Part shown: piece by piece, positions 25,846-37,952 of the stretch | Layout of the letters: each line of letters begins with the position of its first letter | Numbering within the stretch: the first letter of the stretch is position 1 | From: Catajapyx aquilonaris | Taxonomy: Eukaryota | Reading direction: 5' to 3' | Length of the DNA: 45,290 nucleotides | Assembly (NCBI GenBank): GCA_000934665.2 | Contig: JYFJ02003192.1 | Span: 1-45,290 of the forward strand | The notes under the pieces: model-generated | The model's input: the letters and a program-made list of their open reading frames with translations, nothing else | Told to the model about the DNA's origin: nothing | Database searches by the model: none | Position numbers and translations under genes: made by a program

Positions 25846-26644
25846 CATACTAACCATATGAACCGCGCTCGGAACCGAACCAGCCCATCAGACCTCCTTT
25901 GGCATCAACGTAGGGCGGGAGATTCCCCTTTCCGCAAATTCAAGTGTAGCCTTATTTTCGTTAATTTTAGGTGATAAATGATGGAAAACGATAGCAGCTA
26001 AGTGAAACGGTAAGATCGTCGACTAATTTTCGATTTACAATGCAAGTGTTCGATGTTTTGCTATATATTTATTTCTTTTTAATTGTAGTTATAGATGTTA
26101 TTTATGTTCACAATCATATTTTTTTCAATAGCTCATTCCAATGCATAAATTAAGTTTGTTTTCATTATCCCCAGACTAATTATTTGCATTTGGAGGCCCT
26201 AACTTGAAGGAAAAAAGCGAGGGGGTCCGGAATTGGAGCCCTTTTTCTGGAGCATCATTTTTGCAGACTTTTACTAAATTAAAAATGCCATTAAATTGGA
26301 ATACTTACATGGACTTTGTTATAGCCAGTTTTTAGGTAACTAATCAAAGAATCTTTTGACATCGAGCAATTAAGTGTAACTTTAGCATTTAGGAAGTTAT
26401 ACATGAAAAACGAATTGGGGGTCCGCGTTTAGCGACTTTCCCATACCATATAGCATATGCCATACTTAGTATGTGCGCTGTGAGAGAGATTGATGGCATA
26501 CAGCCGCTAAGGAAAACATTCCCAACCGTTTCATTTTTCCCCAACCCAAGCTCTTTTCCTTCTTGTCATCTTTGACCTGGAAGGAAGAGAAAATTGAGGT
26601 GAGAAAATGATGCCTGGGAACCCTATCGCCCTTCCTTCCAGCGG

Positions 26645-26908
26645 CTAAAACCAATTACATAGCTCCGCTCGACTTCCTCTGACGTTCAAGGAGCTAGCGG
26701 AAGGTCCATCTAGGCCTTGCCCTCTCACACGTGCATATGCCCTATTCTCAACCCTTTTGTCAGTCCTGCAAGCCCGCAAAAATAGGTAATAATATTTGGA
26801 CATTGTCCTCCTGCATGAGTAGTCAAAAGTGCATGATTCGACTCCAGGTTTGGGTAGAATCGAGCTATTCCCAGGGATAGAATACTTCAATGGAGTGTGC
26901 AGATCCAA
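26645..26908 (-). mobile_element. Possible degenerate RT fragment
   Basis: ILPKPG (IPKPGK) ... KRVENRAY..RGQGL. Confidence 0.3.
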
Positions 26909-27299
26909 AATGGCGACTGGTTTTGTCCTTTACTGTACCTTCCCAGTATAGTACCCAAGCGGTACGAGAAAAGAACGAAAAGTCATTAAACGTTCCGTGC
27001 TAGACTCCCTAACAGGGGCGGAGCATTACCCGCAAGTAATTACTACCTGCGACGCACACTTTTGCACGACATCCGAACCAATGAATAAGAGTGGACAGTT
27101 TATCTGCAAAATCTCACATTTTCCTGTATTTCAAATTGCCACCCTCTGTCCAATTAACTCCGCCATATTAGATCCACCCCTGTCTTGAAACATGACCTGT
27201 CGCCTGTTCAGGGGAGAAAAAAAAATCTCTTGACCTCTCATCTTGATCTATCTCCCCATTTTTTCCCCCCCTCTTCCCATCCAAACAAGTCCCTCAGAA

Positions 27300-27990
27300 T
27301 CCGATTGGAGCAATTTTCTTTATTTTCCTCTCAATATGAAGCGGGAGACGATATCCAAGACTTTGGGCGCTCTTTCAAGCGGAAAAGAGTGGAACAATAA
27401 CTTGGGGAGTTGGATTAGGCGGAGCAGAAGTAGAGAGGCCGGCCCACTTTCTCTTGGAGACGCAAACACGAGTTGGAGGACTGCGAGTGGAAGCGAGCTG
27501 CATACCAAAACTCTCCCGGATAGGAACCCCCTCCGGATAAAAGCCCAGTGACTGTAATGGACACCCCCGGAAAGTGAAAATTGCCCAGATGTGATGAGGC
27601 AGTAATAGAAAACAAACGGTGGCTAACTGAATTAATATTCTGGGCAATGGTTACAGGGCCTGGAGATAAACAGGAATGTACGACAATAGGAAGAAGGGAG
27701 GGGTCAATGAAGGAAATTATCAGGAGGGGAGGGGGGGGGGGTCCTTCTGTAGAAAAAAAAGTGTGAGGGGGAAGGGGGGAAGTCGTGTGGAGGAAGCTCG
27801 CTCCAGTCCGAAACTGCAATTGTGGATGTGAGGCGGAAAGAAATGGTCCTTTTGGAGAGCTGGAACAAATGGAAGCGCGATACGAGATTTGGACGGCAGT
27901 CTTCCACAAGATGGCCACGGTACTTTCTGACACAAATGGAGTGAGAAAAGAGGACAATATCCTACCTGCGGCGGCATTTTCTTCCGCACC
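27300..27990 (-). mobile_element. Degenerate Jockey/I-like RT core fragment
   Basis: GYCPLFSL (YRPISL), PQLQFRTGAS (Q.GFR.G.S), IISFIDPS..IVVHSCL (FLD....D.VWH..L), NSVSHRLFSI, EGVPIRESFG (AGVPQGSVLG); 180-codon ORF. Confidence 0.5.
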
Positions 27991-28379
27991 AACTCTTCTT
28001 CAAGCCCGTCACGGACAATCAGCCATCACTTCCGTTTTTACCTCCCCATTTTCTCCTTCACATGAAAATGTTAACAAGAGTTTTTCAGAATGAATTTTCC
28101 AGGGCGTGATGACCAGCACTGTGACACAGTGCGTGTCACAGCTGCGTAATCACTCAACATGTCTTGTCCGCCACTAGTATCTCGCTATGTGACATGTTTA
28201 TTACAGCATTACGGTTCCAATGTGTACCGCGATGAAAAAAGCGCATAAATTTTGAGAGCTACTAGACTGTTTTCAACCCACCGTTCATGACTGTATAGTG
28301 TATAGTCCAATATAGTAGTTATACGTACAAATCAAGTCCGAAAGCTGTACCAGCAAGATACAAGATACACATTTTCAAC

Positions 28380-28717
28380 CAACGAGACTATATAAATAGG
28401 ATAGAGGCCGTAAATGTCGGCCATCTTTGGCGGCCATGCCACTTCACGGCAAGAACGCGCGCGAATTTGAATTTGCCGTATTTCTAACCCTGTTCTCCTC
28501 TGCGTACACTCCTGCCTCCTGGCGGGGATGGGAATAAATGGTGACTTTCACCAGACTGCATTTCATTCCCAGCCCCGCCAGGAGGCAGGAGTGCACGCAG
28601 AGGAGAACAGGGTTAGAAATACGACAATTTCAAAGTTCTTGCCGGGAAGTGTCATGGCCGCCAATTGCATCAGAGATGGCCGACCTTTGCGGCCTCTATC
28701 CTATTTATATCTCGTTG
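28380..28717. mobile_element. Foldback MITE with 8-bp TSD (P-like or hAT)
   Basis: About 160-bp imperfect arms from CAACGAGA...; TSD TTTTCAAC at 28372-28379 and 28718-28725. Confidence 0.88.
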
Positions 28718-28968
28718 TTTTCAACAGTACAGATTTTCCCATCCAAAAAATATTATGTTGCTGGTCCCCAAAAATATAGTGACGGGTTGTTCGAATAGTA
28801 CTTTATTTTATTTAGGAAGCAGCTTGTGCTTTGGACAGCTAGCGACGTGTGGATAAGCAAGAGATGATATTCCGCATGAATTATGCATGCGCCTAGTTTT
28901 CTTTTGGAAGCTTGATGATTTGTGAACACGTGAATAAATAACACGTATGCATGAGGCCCGTACAGTGC

Positions 28969-29457
28969 AGGAAAAAGAGGGGTCGAGCAGGTGCATGGGA
29001 TTGGAAGAGTTGATCAGAGATCAGAGCGGAGGTGACGTTTGAGTTATTGCATAGCTGAATAGCTGAGGACTGGAGTGAATAACCGGTAGGACCGCCGAGG
29101 ACGTGGGAGGCTATGTACTGCACATCCTTACAAGACCAACAGTTGTGAATTTCATTCGAGCAGTGAAGGGCGGAGCTAAGGCCTCTGGCGACCTTGGTAA
29201 ATGACGGCATTGACCTGTGGCTCAACCTCAACTGCCTACTCCGCCCAATTCCTCCTCTTGCACCTGTCCAGGACAGCCAACTGCTACCCTCAGGTTGGGA
29301 AGAAATCACGATACTGTATGGCTGACCAGTCGTCTTGCTTCGACGCGTGGCTCTACGTGCATCACCTTGGGAACCCAAACCTGACCTGTCCGCGTGGGAA
29401 ATTCCTGAGCTGAATATATTGGTCAACACTATCCATCGGCATGCCAAATCAGCTTAG
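28969..29457 (+). mobile_element. Degenerate L1/Tx1-like RT core fragment in one frame, with internal stops
   Basis: KRGRAGAWD (KAPGPD), PPRTW, ELRPLATLVND (RPITLLN.D), PDLSAWE..LNILVNTIHRH (LDL.KAFD...L...L.R); 163 codons, 5 TGA and 1 TAA internal. Confidence 0.5.
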
Positions 29458-29853
29458 GTACGGAGGCAGGGCACGAGCCTGCATACACCCACGTTGCAAC
29501 GGGTCACCCACGCGACCTGACCCTGCTCTGCTTCCGACAGGGGATATGTCATTGTGACACTGGCTGTGTGTCAACCGTCTGCTATCAACATGCTTTCGAG
29601 ATCACCTTCATTAGTCTACAGATTGTATTTGCCCAGACAGCATCCAGGGGCATTGTTTATTGTACTGTCAAGTACACTCTGAAACATTGCATTGCCTGGA
29701 TGCATTTAAATGGTCCAGCATTCTTTTGTTCCACTGGTTTCACCTCTGATGAGGTGTGTGTGTGTGGGGGGGAACTCGCTGTATCTTCCTATTTATTTAT
29801 ATAGGATCGATTTAGGAAAACCTGACTATCGAGTCCTTGGGGCAAGTTAGTGT

Positions 29854-30090
29854 TTAACCATAGACCAAATATTCTGAATTAAAAAAAAACAATGTGAGAC
29901 ATGTTACTTGCCCATTGTTTTGGTTCGAGCAGTAATCATTACCAAGTACCAAGGGATCATCTTTCGACCGATTGTTCAAGTTTGTCCAAATCATTATGAA
30001 ACACCCTGTACGCGGTATTCTACTAGGGAGGGAAAAAAACCGTAATTTGATATCTACCGTAGCGTCGAAAGTTGGATAAGACAATGCCAA
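29854..30090 (-). mobile_element. Degenerate RT fragment
   Basis: LSYPTFDATVD (LS.AFDTVD), IWTNLNNRS (SYLSNR). Confidence 0.45.
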
Positions 30091-31538
30091 AGTTGAGTGA
30101 AAAAGTTACTCAGGCTTCAGATTATGCAAACGAAGCGTGATAAAGGCACATTGAGGCAGATTACCGTTCCAATATTAGGTTAACTTCTGAGGAATCCCGA
30201 GGCTGTTGCTTCAGTAAATAATTACAGCATATTGTGCGTGCCGACAGCAGGTACAATAGTTCTGCCAGACTATTGCCTAAATCCCTTCATATACCAAACA
30301 ATTTTATCTCTAAACTGTATGTGCTAAATTATCTAGAGATAAGACATATTTAAATCGCTCTTCACTTGAAAATAGTTACATGCTCAGGTGTGTAAACCGA
30401 TTTAAAAATTACACATTGATGGTAACGAATTGTTATTGTAATATTAAATATTAATTATGGTGCATTTCCATAATTTGAAAAAAGTACGAAGTCGATTATG
30501 AATATATTTTATGATTGCGGAGATCTGCAATTTTTATAGGCTACCTAAAAAAATATTGCGCTGGAACGTAGCTGCGCCAGCCTCTAAAAACACTGTAATT
30601 GATATAATCCTATCTAAAAACTAATTACAATGTGCATATAATTACTAGAGAGAAAGGACGGAAATAGGCGGGAATGGGAAAAGGTACCACTCAGGGAATT
30701 CGGTGCACATTTGCAGATGAATCCAGGAAAATTCAGGGGGCGTACAGGGAATCCAGAAGATCCCATGACATGGCGCTAGGATTTTCTACTTTAGCGATTT
30801 ATACACAGGGAGGTACCCGTCATATAAGCATAATTTTGTTCGGGATTGGAGTTGCACTAGGTTGTGTTTCCGACATTAAATTTGACTTCCTGAAAGTTGC
30901 ATCGACATTGAATTGGCGATGACGATAAATTATTCTAGCATCTTAACGTCAGAATATGTCAGAATTGCTTTTCCTCCCTCAGTCAAAGAGCTAAAGACGG
31001 GTGTAATTTAAGATCGCATCGTTCCTAAAAGAAACCGTCGCAAATATATTTTGAAGGCAAGAAGGAGGGTGTTCTTCCTGTTCTGTTCGTGTCACAGCAG
31101 GTACTTCCCCGATGTCAGGATGAATAGCTTCTCGTTTGCTGTTTCGCCCTAAGGAAAGATTTTTGTTCACCGTCACTCTCACTTAACCATGCTCGCATTA
31201 TGTTGAAGTGTACGTAGTTTATTGCCCTCTGCTACCTACCCAGAACATTCTTTGCGCGTGATGATGACTACGCTATAGCCAAATCTGTGGACCAAGTAGC
31301 TGCCAGCGATTCATACAAAAAAGTACAGTACATCACACTGACAGGGAATATGGGGGAAGTTGATGCCGGAGTGACGTACAGTGACGTGGTGGCAGGGGGC
31401 CCTTCGATCTACTGATTTCACTTTTCAAAGGGGTGAATATGTTACCTGAACATTTGCACAGATTTGAAGAGTGAATAGGAATAATATTACGCAGACCAAT
31501 CTATGAATCAGCTAGTGTGAAAAATACTGTGTGATGTA

Positions 31539-31678
31539 CTATGGGTCTCAAATTGTTTTGGCTACTTTATCCAGGTCTTGAAGCAACCCTTCGCACAGGC
31601 CCCACGTTGAGCAGGTGTGTGTGTGAAGGGTTGCTTCAAGACCAGAATAAAGTGGCCAAAACAATTTGAGCCCCATAG
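31539..31678. mobile_element. Short TA-flanked hairpin MITE
   Basis: About 60-bp arms CTATGGG(T/G)CTCAAATTGTTTTGGC... / ...GCCAAAACAATTTGAGCCCCATAG, TA on each side. Confidence 0.75.
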
Positions 31679-32119
31679 TACCTGCGTGATTCTCCGTGAC
31701 ATGGCCGGATAGAGTCAAAAGTCAAAAATCACCACATGCCCTATACTCATAACTTTATATAGCGTGATATTTCATCTTATTAAGCTATTTCCTTCCATTT
31801 TCTAGACAAATTTCCTGATTTTGTCTTTAATTTTCCCTCTCATCTTAGAGGTGGAGTTGAGGATCCTCTTAACTTCCATCTCCCCAAACACACCCCCTTT
31901 TGGATACGCCACTGGATTCAAGTTAATTCGAAAATAATGTTTCCCGCCCTCAGCTTTTCCGGAATACGAGGCACAGTACATTACCGGAAACATTTGAAAT
32001 TCAAATTTAAGTAAAACATTGCACCAAAACTAAACTCAAAGCAGTTGGTCTTTCATCCTGCTGGTAACACATAAGCTGCAACATTTTTGAAAAAAAAAAA
32101 TCATACTTTTGTTCTAAGG

Positions 32120-32400
32120 AAATTGACGTGCTTTGAAGTTGCCATATGCACGAAACACCATAAAAAGAGGTAGGCTATATGGCAAAACTTTACTTGCCGT
32201 ATGTAACCAAGTGCTAAGACACAACTGGAATTCCGGTAAGCCTTAGAAACCCTATAGGATAATGCATTCAGCTGAGCCTTCTCTGGCTCAATATCCCTCA
32301 ATTTAGAAAGAGGTCTCAAAGCAAGATTCTGAAGCTTTCCTGCAGCAGATCGAAACTTAATTATTTTATATGAGTAATATACCAAATCCACATTGCACAA
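32120..32400 (-). mobile_element. Degenerate RT fragment
   Basis: LRPLSKL (RPISLL), AYRNSSCVLAL (AYR..SC..AL), CFVHM (FVD.). Confidence 0.5.
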
Positions 32401-33224
32401 TGACTACACAATTAAAATAGTATTGAATTAAACAGAATATAAATATTTCTAAAAATTTGACGTTACGTCATGTCACCAAATTATCGTTATCTCAAAGCGA
32501 CATCAACAGTCAAGTCATAATAGTACGACCTTGAGATTAGCTACTGACTACACTTTCTGAATACTGCTACGTGATTCAATTTTAAAGCACGAGACCAGGG
32601 AACATCCATGCCGAAGATTTATTATACCCCGGGCCCTACTGAGTAGCCAGGATACACACGCATTTTGTTAAAAGTAAAATTACGTACCAGAAAATAAAAC
32701 GAGCCCTTGACAAATCACCATCTTGACATCTATAATGTGTTTTGGTCCGCAATGAATTTATTTTATATACCGGTATTTATTTATTATCTCGTTGTAGGGG
32801 CTCGAAATAAATTCCCAGCGAGTGATGTCGTAATCCTCACTGAAATCCAAATGTAGTACTTTCAGCTAAGTGGAATCGCATGGGAATTAATATAGAGGTG
32901 AAAGAATAAATGCACTTTTGCATGACCTCAATTTTCAGTATTTATTATTAAAATTTGCTTTGCAGTACAGTGCGTGGAGTTTATTTTGGCTCATCCGCCT
33001 GAGCTATTTCAGATAACCAAATGCTTACAGGATTTATACATAGGCATGATATTGTTTGCACTTAAAGTGCGTTCATGCAGATATGTTCATTTCAGTTACA
33101 GTATGATTATGTTTATTCCGTTGATGAACTTAATTATTAGTTATGATAATTTTTAAATGTAGAGGTCCTTTAAATAATATTGCCTTTTTGTCATTGTCAA
33201 ACATTCGCCAAAAGGAAAACATTT

Positions 33225-33457
33225 ATGGATATATGACCGATGTACTATCGGACGCAAAAAGAATGTCCGGGGAGAGTCTTCGTTCAGCCTGGTGGAGGCA
33301 AACCATTGCACAGATGTGTACACACACACTTGTGTGTACGTCCGTGCTTATCTGCTGAGCTTTTTCCCTCCTCCCTTAGCTACCCAGGTGCAATGGTTTG
33401 CCTCCACCAGGCTGAACGAAGACTCTCCCCGGACATTCTTTTTGCGTGCCTATGTAC
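33225..33457 (+). mobile_element. Possible degenerate RT fragment interrupted by a SINE
   Basis: CVRPCLSAELF (GVRQG..LSP.LF), DILFAC (L.FADD position). Confidence 0.35.
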
Positions 33458-33471
33458 AGTATGTCCCAGTA

Positions 33472-33667
33472 CCGAAGCAGGTTGGCATGGTGGATAAGGC
33501 GTCCGACTGCTAATCGGGAGGTCCTGTGTTCGAATCCCTGGGCCGGCAACCCTGACCGTGGTTTTCCACGGTCTTTATATAGGATAATTCCGGGGTTGCT
33601 TCCTTCCTTCCCTATCCTTGGAGGTTGAAAGGCAATGCTGGGCCAACCTCCCTAATATCAATTATAA
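33472..33667 (+). mobile_element. tRNA-derived SINE, family 1, with a different 3' end
   Basis: Same head as the 25482-25845 copy; TSD AGTATGTCCCA(G/C)TA at 33458-33471 and 33668-33681. Confidence 0.9.
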
Positions 33668-34554
33668 AGTATGTCCCACTATTAGCCGACTATTAATGAC
33701 TTTGGCATTTTAGTGGGCTTTCCCAATATAGAAGGACGCTTATTATGAGAGAACCAAACTAATGGCATGCTGCAGGAGCGGAAAGAAGCCAGCCTATTGG
33801 TATTAACAGAAGTAGCTGAAAATTATGACAACAGGTATAATATCTTAGAACATTTTGTGTCCCCGAATTTGCTACTTTTCCAGAATATTAAGTCTGCAAT
33901 TAAGCGAAATGTACTCACTCAATAAAGTCACTGCAATAATTCCAGGTGTCAATTTCCAAATGGTAAAATGAAACAACCACGAGTTAATACATAATAATTA
34001 TATTAAATATTGATAATTGGAGGAATATGGGAGTAATATGTCACATATTTCCAATATAAAATAACTCCTGAATTTTTAATCGAAATAATTTACGCGAGCA
34101 TAATGAACGTAAATTACTCGATCGATAATCAGTGTCAATAAGCGCGTTGTAACATTGCATTACTAGAAATAACTACAGTATAATAACTCTACTCTAACTT
34201 GGACACAGCGCAAGAATGGTCAATATATGGACACTTCAGATTCAGCATCCATTTTTAAGCAGTGGAAAAAAATATCGCATTTATTGTACCGGTACCAAAA
34301 TATGACAGTTAGAATTTACAATGTCTTGCATAATTTGCTAGACCACATCCGGATATTTTATAGCAGGCATGATCCATGAGTCCAAATAGCGATACCGTTT
34401 CGTCGTGACATATTTATATCCCACATTACTCATCATAAGCACCATATGTATGAAGCTACTACTGCACACAATGCCCTACCAATTTCTACAGTATTTGGCG
34501 CCTAAAACCTAAATTATGAAACACGCGGTACTTACCTTCGCAGTCTGACAATAT

Positions 34555-34825
34555 TTTTTTTATTATATTTTAATATTTATTTATACCCCACTGGGAGAAT
34601 CAGCGCTCCATTAGGGGGGTGGAGTACCACCATTGTATGGTGCCAAGGATAGGGAAGGAAGGAGGCGGCTGTGGCCTATTATACGGAAACAACCGCGGAA
34701 TTCTCCTCGGGGGAACATGGGAAACCACATAAAACCACGGTTAGGATTGCCGGCCCCGGGATTCGAACCCAGGACCTCCCGATTAGCAGTCGGGCTCATT
34801 AACCACCACACCAACCTGCTTCGTT
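34555..34825 (-). mobile_element. tRNA-derived SINE, family 1
   Basis: Same head and body; A-rich tail; 13-bp TSD AGTCTGACAATAT (34542-34554 and 34826-34838). Confidence 0.9.
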
Positions 34826-35385
34826 AGTCTGACAATATATTGTGATGAAGAAAGTGTGCCAAATTACTCTACTTTTCAGATAGAGATGGGAATCAGGCAT
34901 TTTTTAAACATTTCCTGCGACAGACATTACAGCAAATCCTCTACCTAAGCGTATGAATTTAATAACTCGAATTCGCACAGATTTATAATTTACTTTGAGC
35001 CGACACTGGTTGACCAGATTATTGACAACAATTTAGCGTTAATTCATTATTTATTTTGCATATTATTACACATTTATCAACAATTGTGTTCCAAGAGAAT
35101 TAGGTATACTAGTATAATTTCCAAATTAAACAGAGCTGCGGGTAACTAATAATAGTATATTGCTTTAGATGATAATTCTATAATGATCTGCAATATACTC
35201 GTGCTAGTCAGGTGCGTCAATTATTCTGCATAAAAATCAATTATGCTCTTGGATATGACTAAACTCAAACTATTAAGTCTTTAAGTATAAAGAATTCATG
35301 AACATATAAATTGTTGGCATTGTATTGACACCACGTGAACAATCTCTGCATAATGGCGTGTGTCAACAAAACAGATTCAGTAGTA

Positions 35386-36181
35386 GTGTCCGGACATTAC
35401 GGGACGAAAAATGGGCCAACCGTGCAATTGGTGAAAAAAGCATAAAATTTGGTACGAATGTCCCTGAGACCATATACTCTTCAAATCCAGATATGGCGCC
35501 ACGCCCGTTTTGGCACCGGAGGCCCGTAATTGCGGGTTGGCTACCTTGAAGTGAGTGAAAAGTCTTTTTCTGAGCGAACTATGCTTCTCAAGCGGATATG
35601 TGCCAAACAAACGTTGCGTTGTAGAGAAACATGTATTCTACAAAAAGTACCTTTTCCACGTACGATCCGTATTTCCGGAGCTACAGCGACTTGAAAAAGC
35701 CTTTTCACTCGCTGAAGGGTAGCCAACCCGCAATTACGGGTCTCCGGGGCAAAAACGGGTGTGGCGTCATATCTGGATTTGTAGAGTAGGATCTCATGGA
35801 CATTTTGTACCCAATTTCATGCTTATATCTCCGAGTGCAGGGGTTGACCCTTTTTTCGTCCCTTAATTCCTTGACTGTGGGTTCAAGTCGCTGTAGCCCC
35901 GAAAATAAGTACTCGACGTGGAAAATGTACTATATGATTTTTGTACAATACATGTTTTTCTACAACCTTTGTTTGGCACATATCCTCCTGAGAAGCATAG
36001 TTCTCTCAGAAAAAGACTTTTCACTCTCTTGCAGGTAGCCAACCCGCAATTACGGCCCTCCGGAGCAGAAACGGGCGTGGCGCCATATCTGGATTTGAAG
36101 AGTATGGTCTCAGGGATATTCGTACCAAATTTCATGCTTTTTCCCCCTAATGCACAGTTTAGTCCCTTAACGTCCTGACTA
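35386..36181. mobile_element. Composite of long-TIR MITEs (A-B-A' followed by B'-A')
   Basis: About 175-bp arm A at 35386-35565, with inverted copies at about 35700-35877 and 36010-36181; internal B (about 35560-35695) inverted at 35882-36020. Confidence 0.85.
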
Positions 36182-36491
36182 TAGTCTATTCTTCAGCTTG
36201 GTCCAAATTCGTAGTGCTGTTGTTTACGAATATGTCACTTATGAGTTTAAAGATTAAAAGCCATAATTATGTTGGGCATAGCCTTGCTACTCAGATTGTA
36301 TTTTCTGCTCAAGTTCTAGCGAACTCATTCGCCAACTTGTGTTCTGGTATAGCCTAATGTTACATGATGATATTATGCACAGTAATGCGCGGCATGTTGT
36401 TTCACACTCGCATCACACTATAGTTAAATGCATACATTAAGTAATTAATATTCAGTTGTAATTTCAGGGCTTGGCCCTCATGCGAGTTATA

Positions 36492-36821
36492 CAGGGTGTT
36501 TCAACTTTTTTGTCCGAACAGTTATCGGAAAATTGTACGTAGCTGCTACTTTGTAAGCAGTGACTTGCAAACCGTGATTTTTCGGAGGAACGGGGAATAT
36601 TCCCTGCGAATCGTAGGTTGAAGTGGCATACGTGCTGGCCGCTGAAAATGGAGGGTCAAGCCTGGAAAAAAGAGGGTCACACATGCCATGGGATGTGTGA
36701 CCCTCTTTTTCCCCATTCCCCATTCCTCCGACAAATCACCGGTTGCATGTCACTGCTTACAAAGTAGCAGTTACGTGCAATTTTCCGATAACTGTTTGGA
36801 CAAAAAAGTTGAAACACCCTC
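36492..36821. mobile_element. Tc1/mariner-type MITE family A, copy 1
   Basis: TA|CAGGGTGTTTCAACTTTTTTGTCC..., about 90-bp TIRs, TA flank; internal 18-bp hairpin at about 36666-36710. Confidence 0.9.
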
Positions 36822-36825
36822 TATA

Positions 36826-36950
36826 GAGGGTGATCCAAAATACACTACTTGTCCTACTGATATTACAGTTGTTGGCACTAAGCTGCTTATTTTAACACTG
36901 TTACTTTTGCGCAGTAATTTTGATGACTACAAGTATTTTGGATCACCCTG
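36826..36950. mobile_element. Tc1/mariner-type MITE family B (short copy)
   Basis: TA|GAGGGTGATCCAAAATAC ... GTATTTTGGATCACCCTG|TA. Confidence 0.8.
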
Positions 36951-37952
36951 TATTTGTGAGATGAACATGGACATGGCACATTATTAATGTCATATTGAAT
37001 ACAGTTTCATAACTCTGTTGTGCAGTAGGAAACATTGAATCATTTTCCTGTTCCGAGACAAATGACACTCCCGTAAATGACGACTGTGCCTGGTAGAAAG
37101 AGCAATGCCTTAGTTTTTGTCCTCTGACATTTTTCCATCAGGAGCCCTGTTTTCTTGAAAATAAATCGAGAGTGGGTGGAGCCCGTACTTTCAGTAAGCA
37201 TCTTAAAGAAAATTCGAGCAGTTCCTCAGTGATGTAAGTTGCCTTTATTCGTATCGGCATAATTCCCCCATCCCCTAAAGTGTTCTCGCTGTGGGACACC
37301 ACTCACTCTCAAACATCTATACACCAACTTAGTAAAAACTAATTTTCCAGCCCTCTTTCCCCTTCCCCTGGAGATATCAATTATGCATATTGATACAACA
37401 CGACTGTATTGCTAACAAGATTTTGAATATTTTTTACTCGATTCCTAATACAGCAGTTATGCATCTGCATACTACATTAGCCCATATCTACTGTCATTAC
37501 ATAGTGCTAATGATTGTAATTAACTGGTATTTCTATAGTATAAGTACAAAGTGGAAATATATGAAGTTTAAGGGCAGATGAAGGGGAATAAGCTGGGCTG
37601 AAAAAATATGACTAGTACACAATGAGGCGTGAGTAAAATTATGGATCACTCACTCCAGTCGCGCATGCGCATTCCCACTGGTACATCCCGAGGTGCTGCA
37701 TGCACCAGTGGAGTGACTAACCCATGAGGTGTTACCCCGCCCCATTGTTGGTGGTGTCAACTTAAGCAGTATAACACCCTGTATGTATATATAATCACAT
37801 GGTGCACTCGCTAGCCCTATGTACTGAATTTGTGATATAATTACATCACTTGTCGAAATGTGGTCATGCTTGAAATTGGATGGACATCAATGAGCTGTGT
37901 AGCTGATTCTATACACAGCACTGCACAGAGACCGCTGTCGAGTTCAGGCGTT

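Larger units (their letters stand above)
24246..26448 (+). mobile_element. pogo-like DNA transposon remnant carrying nested insertions
   Basis: Diverged TIRs GAAAGTGACCAAACGCGGACCC and (reverse complement) GAAAGTCGCTAAACGCGGACCC, with internal GCGGACCCC repeats. Peptide MRTPTSSKR...ERIKCAKEALKEGSEL...AAKK resembles the N-terminal psq/CENP-B-type HTH of pogo transposases. Confidence 0.55.

Noticed and set aside
25450..25974. 174-aa poly-Ile ORF (also poly-Ile ORFs at 41661-42018)
   Set aside because: Produced by (ATT)n microsatellites and SINE sequence.
29281..29385. WW-domain-like string LPSGWEE...G*P...WEP
   Set aside because: Lacks the aromatic pair and the conserved Asn, contains a stop, and sits in a frame better explained as an RT relic.
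28969..29457. Multi-UGA selenoprotein or UGA=Trp recoding
   Set aside because: A TAA also interrupts the frame, the stop count is near random expectation, and no SECIS was identified.
33472..33545. Functional tRNA-Ser(GCT) gene
   Set aside because: No long variable arm or proper acceptor stem; it continues into a SINE body flanked by a TSD.
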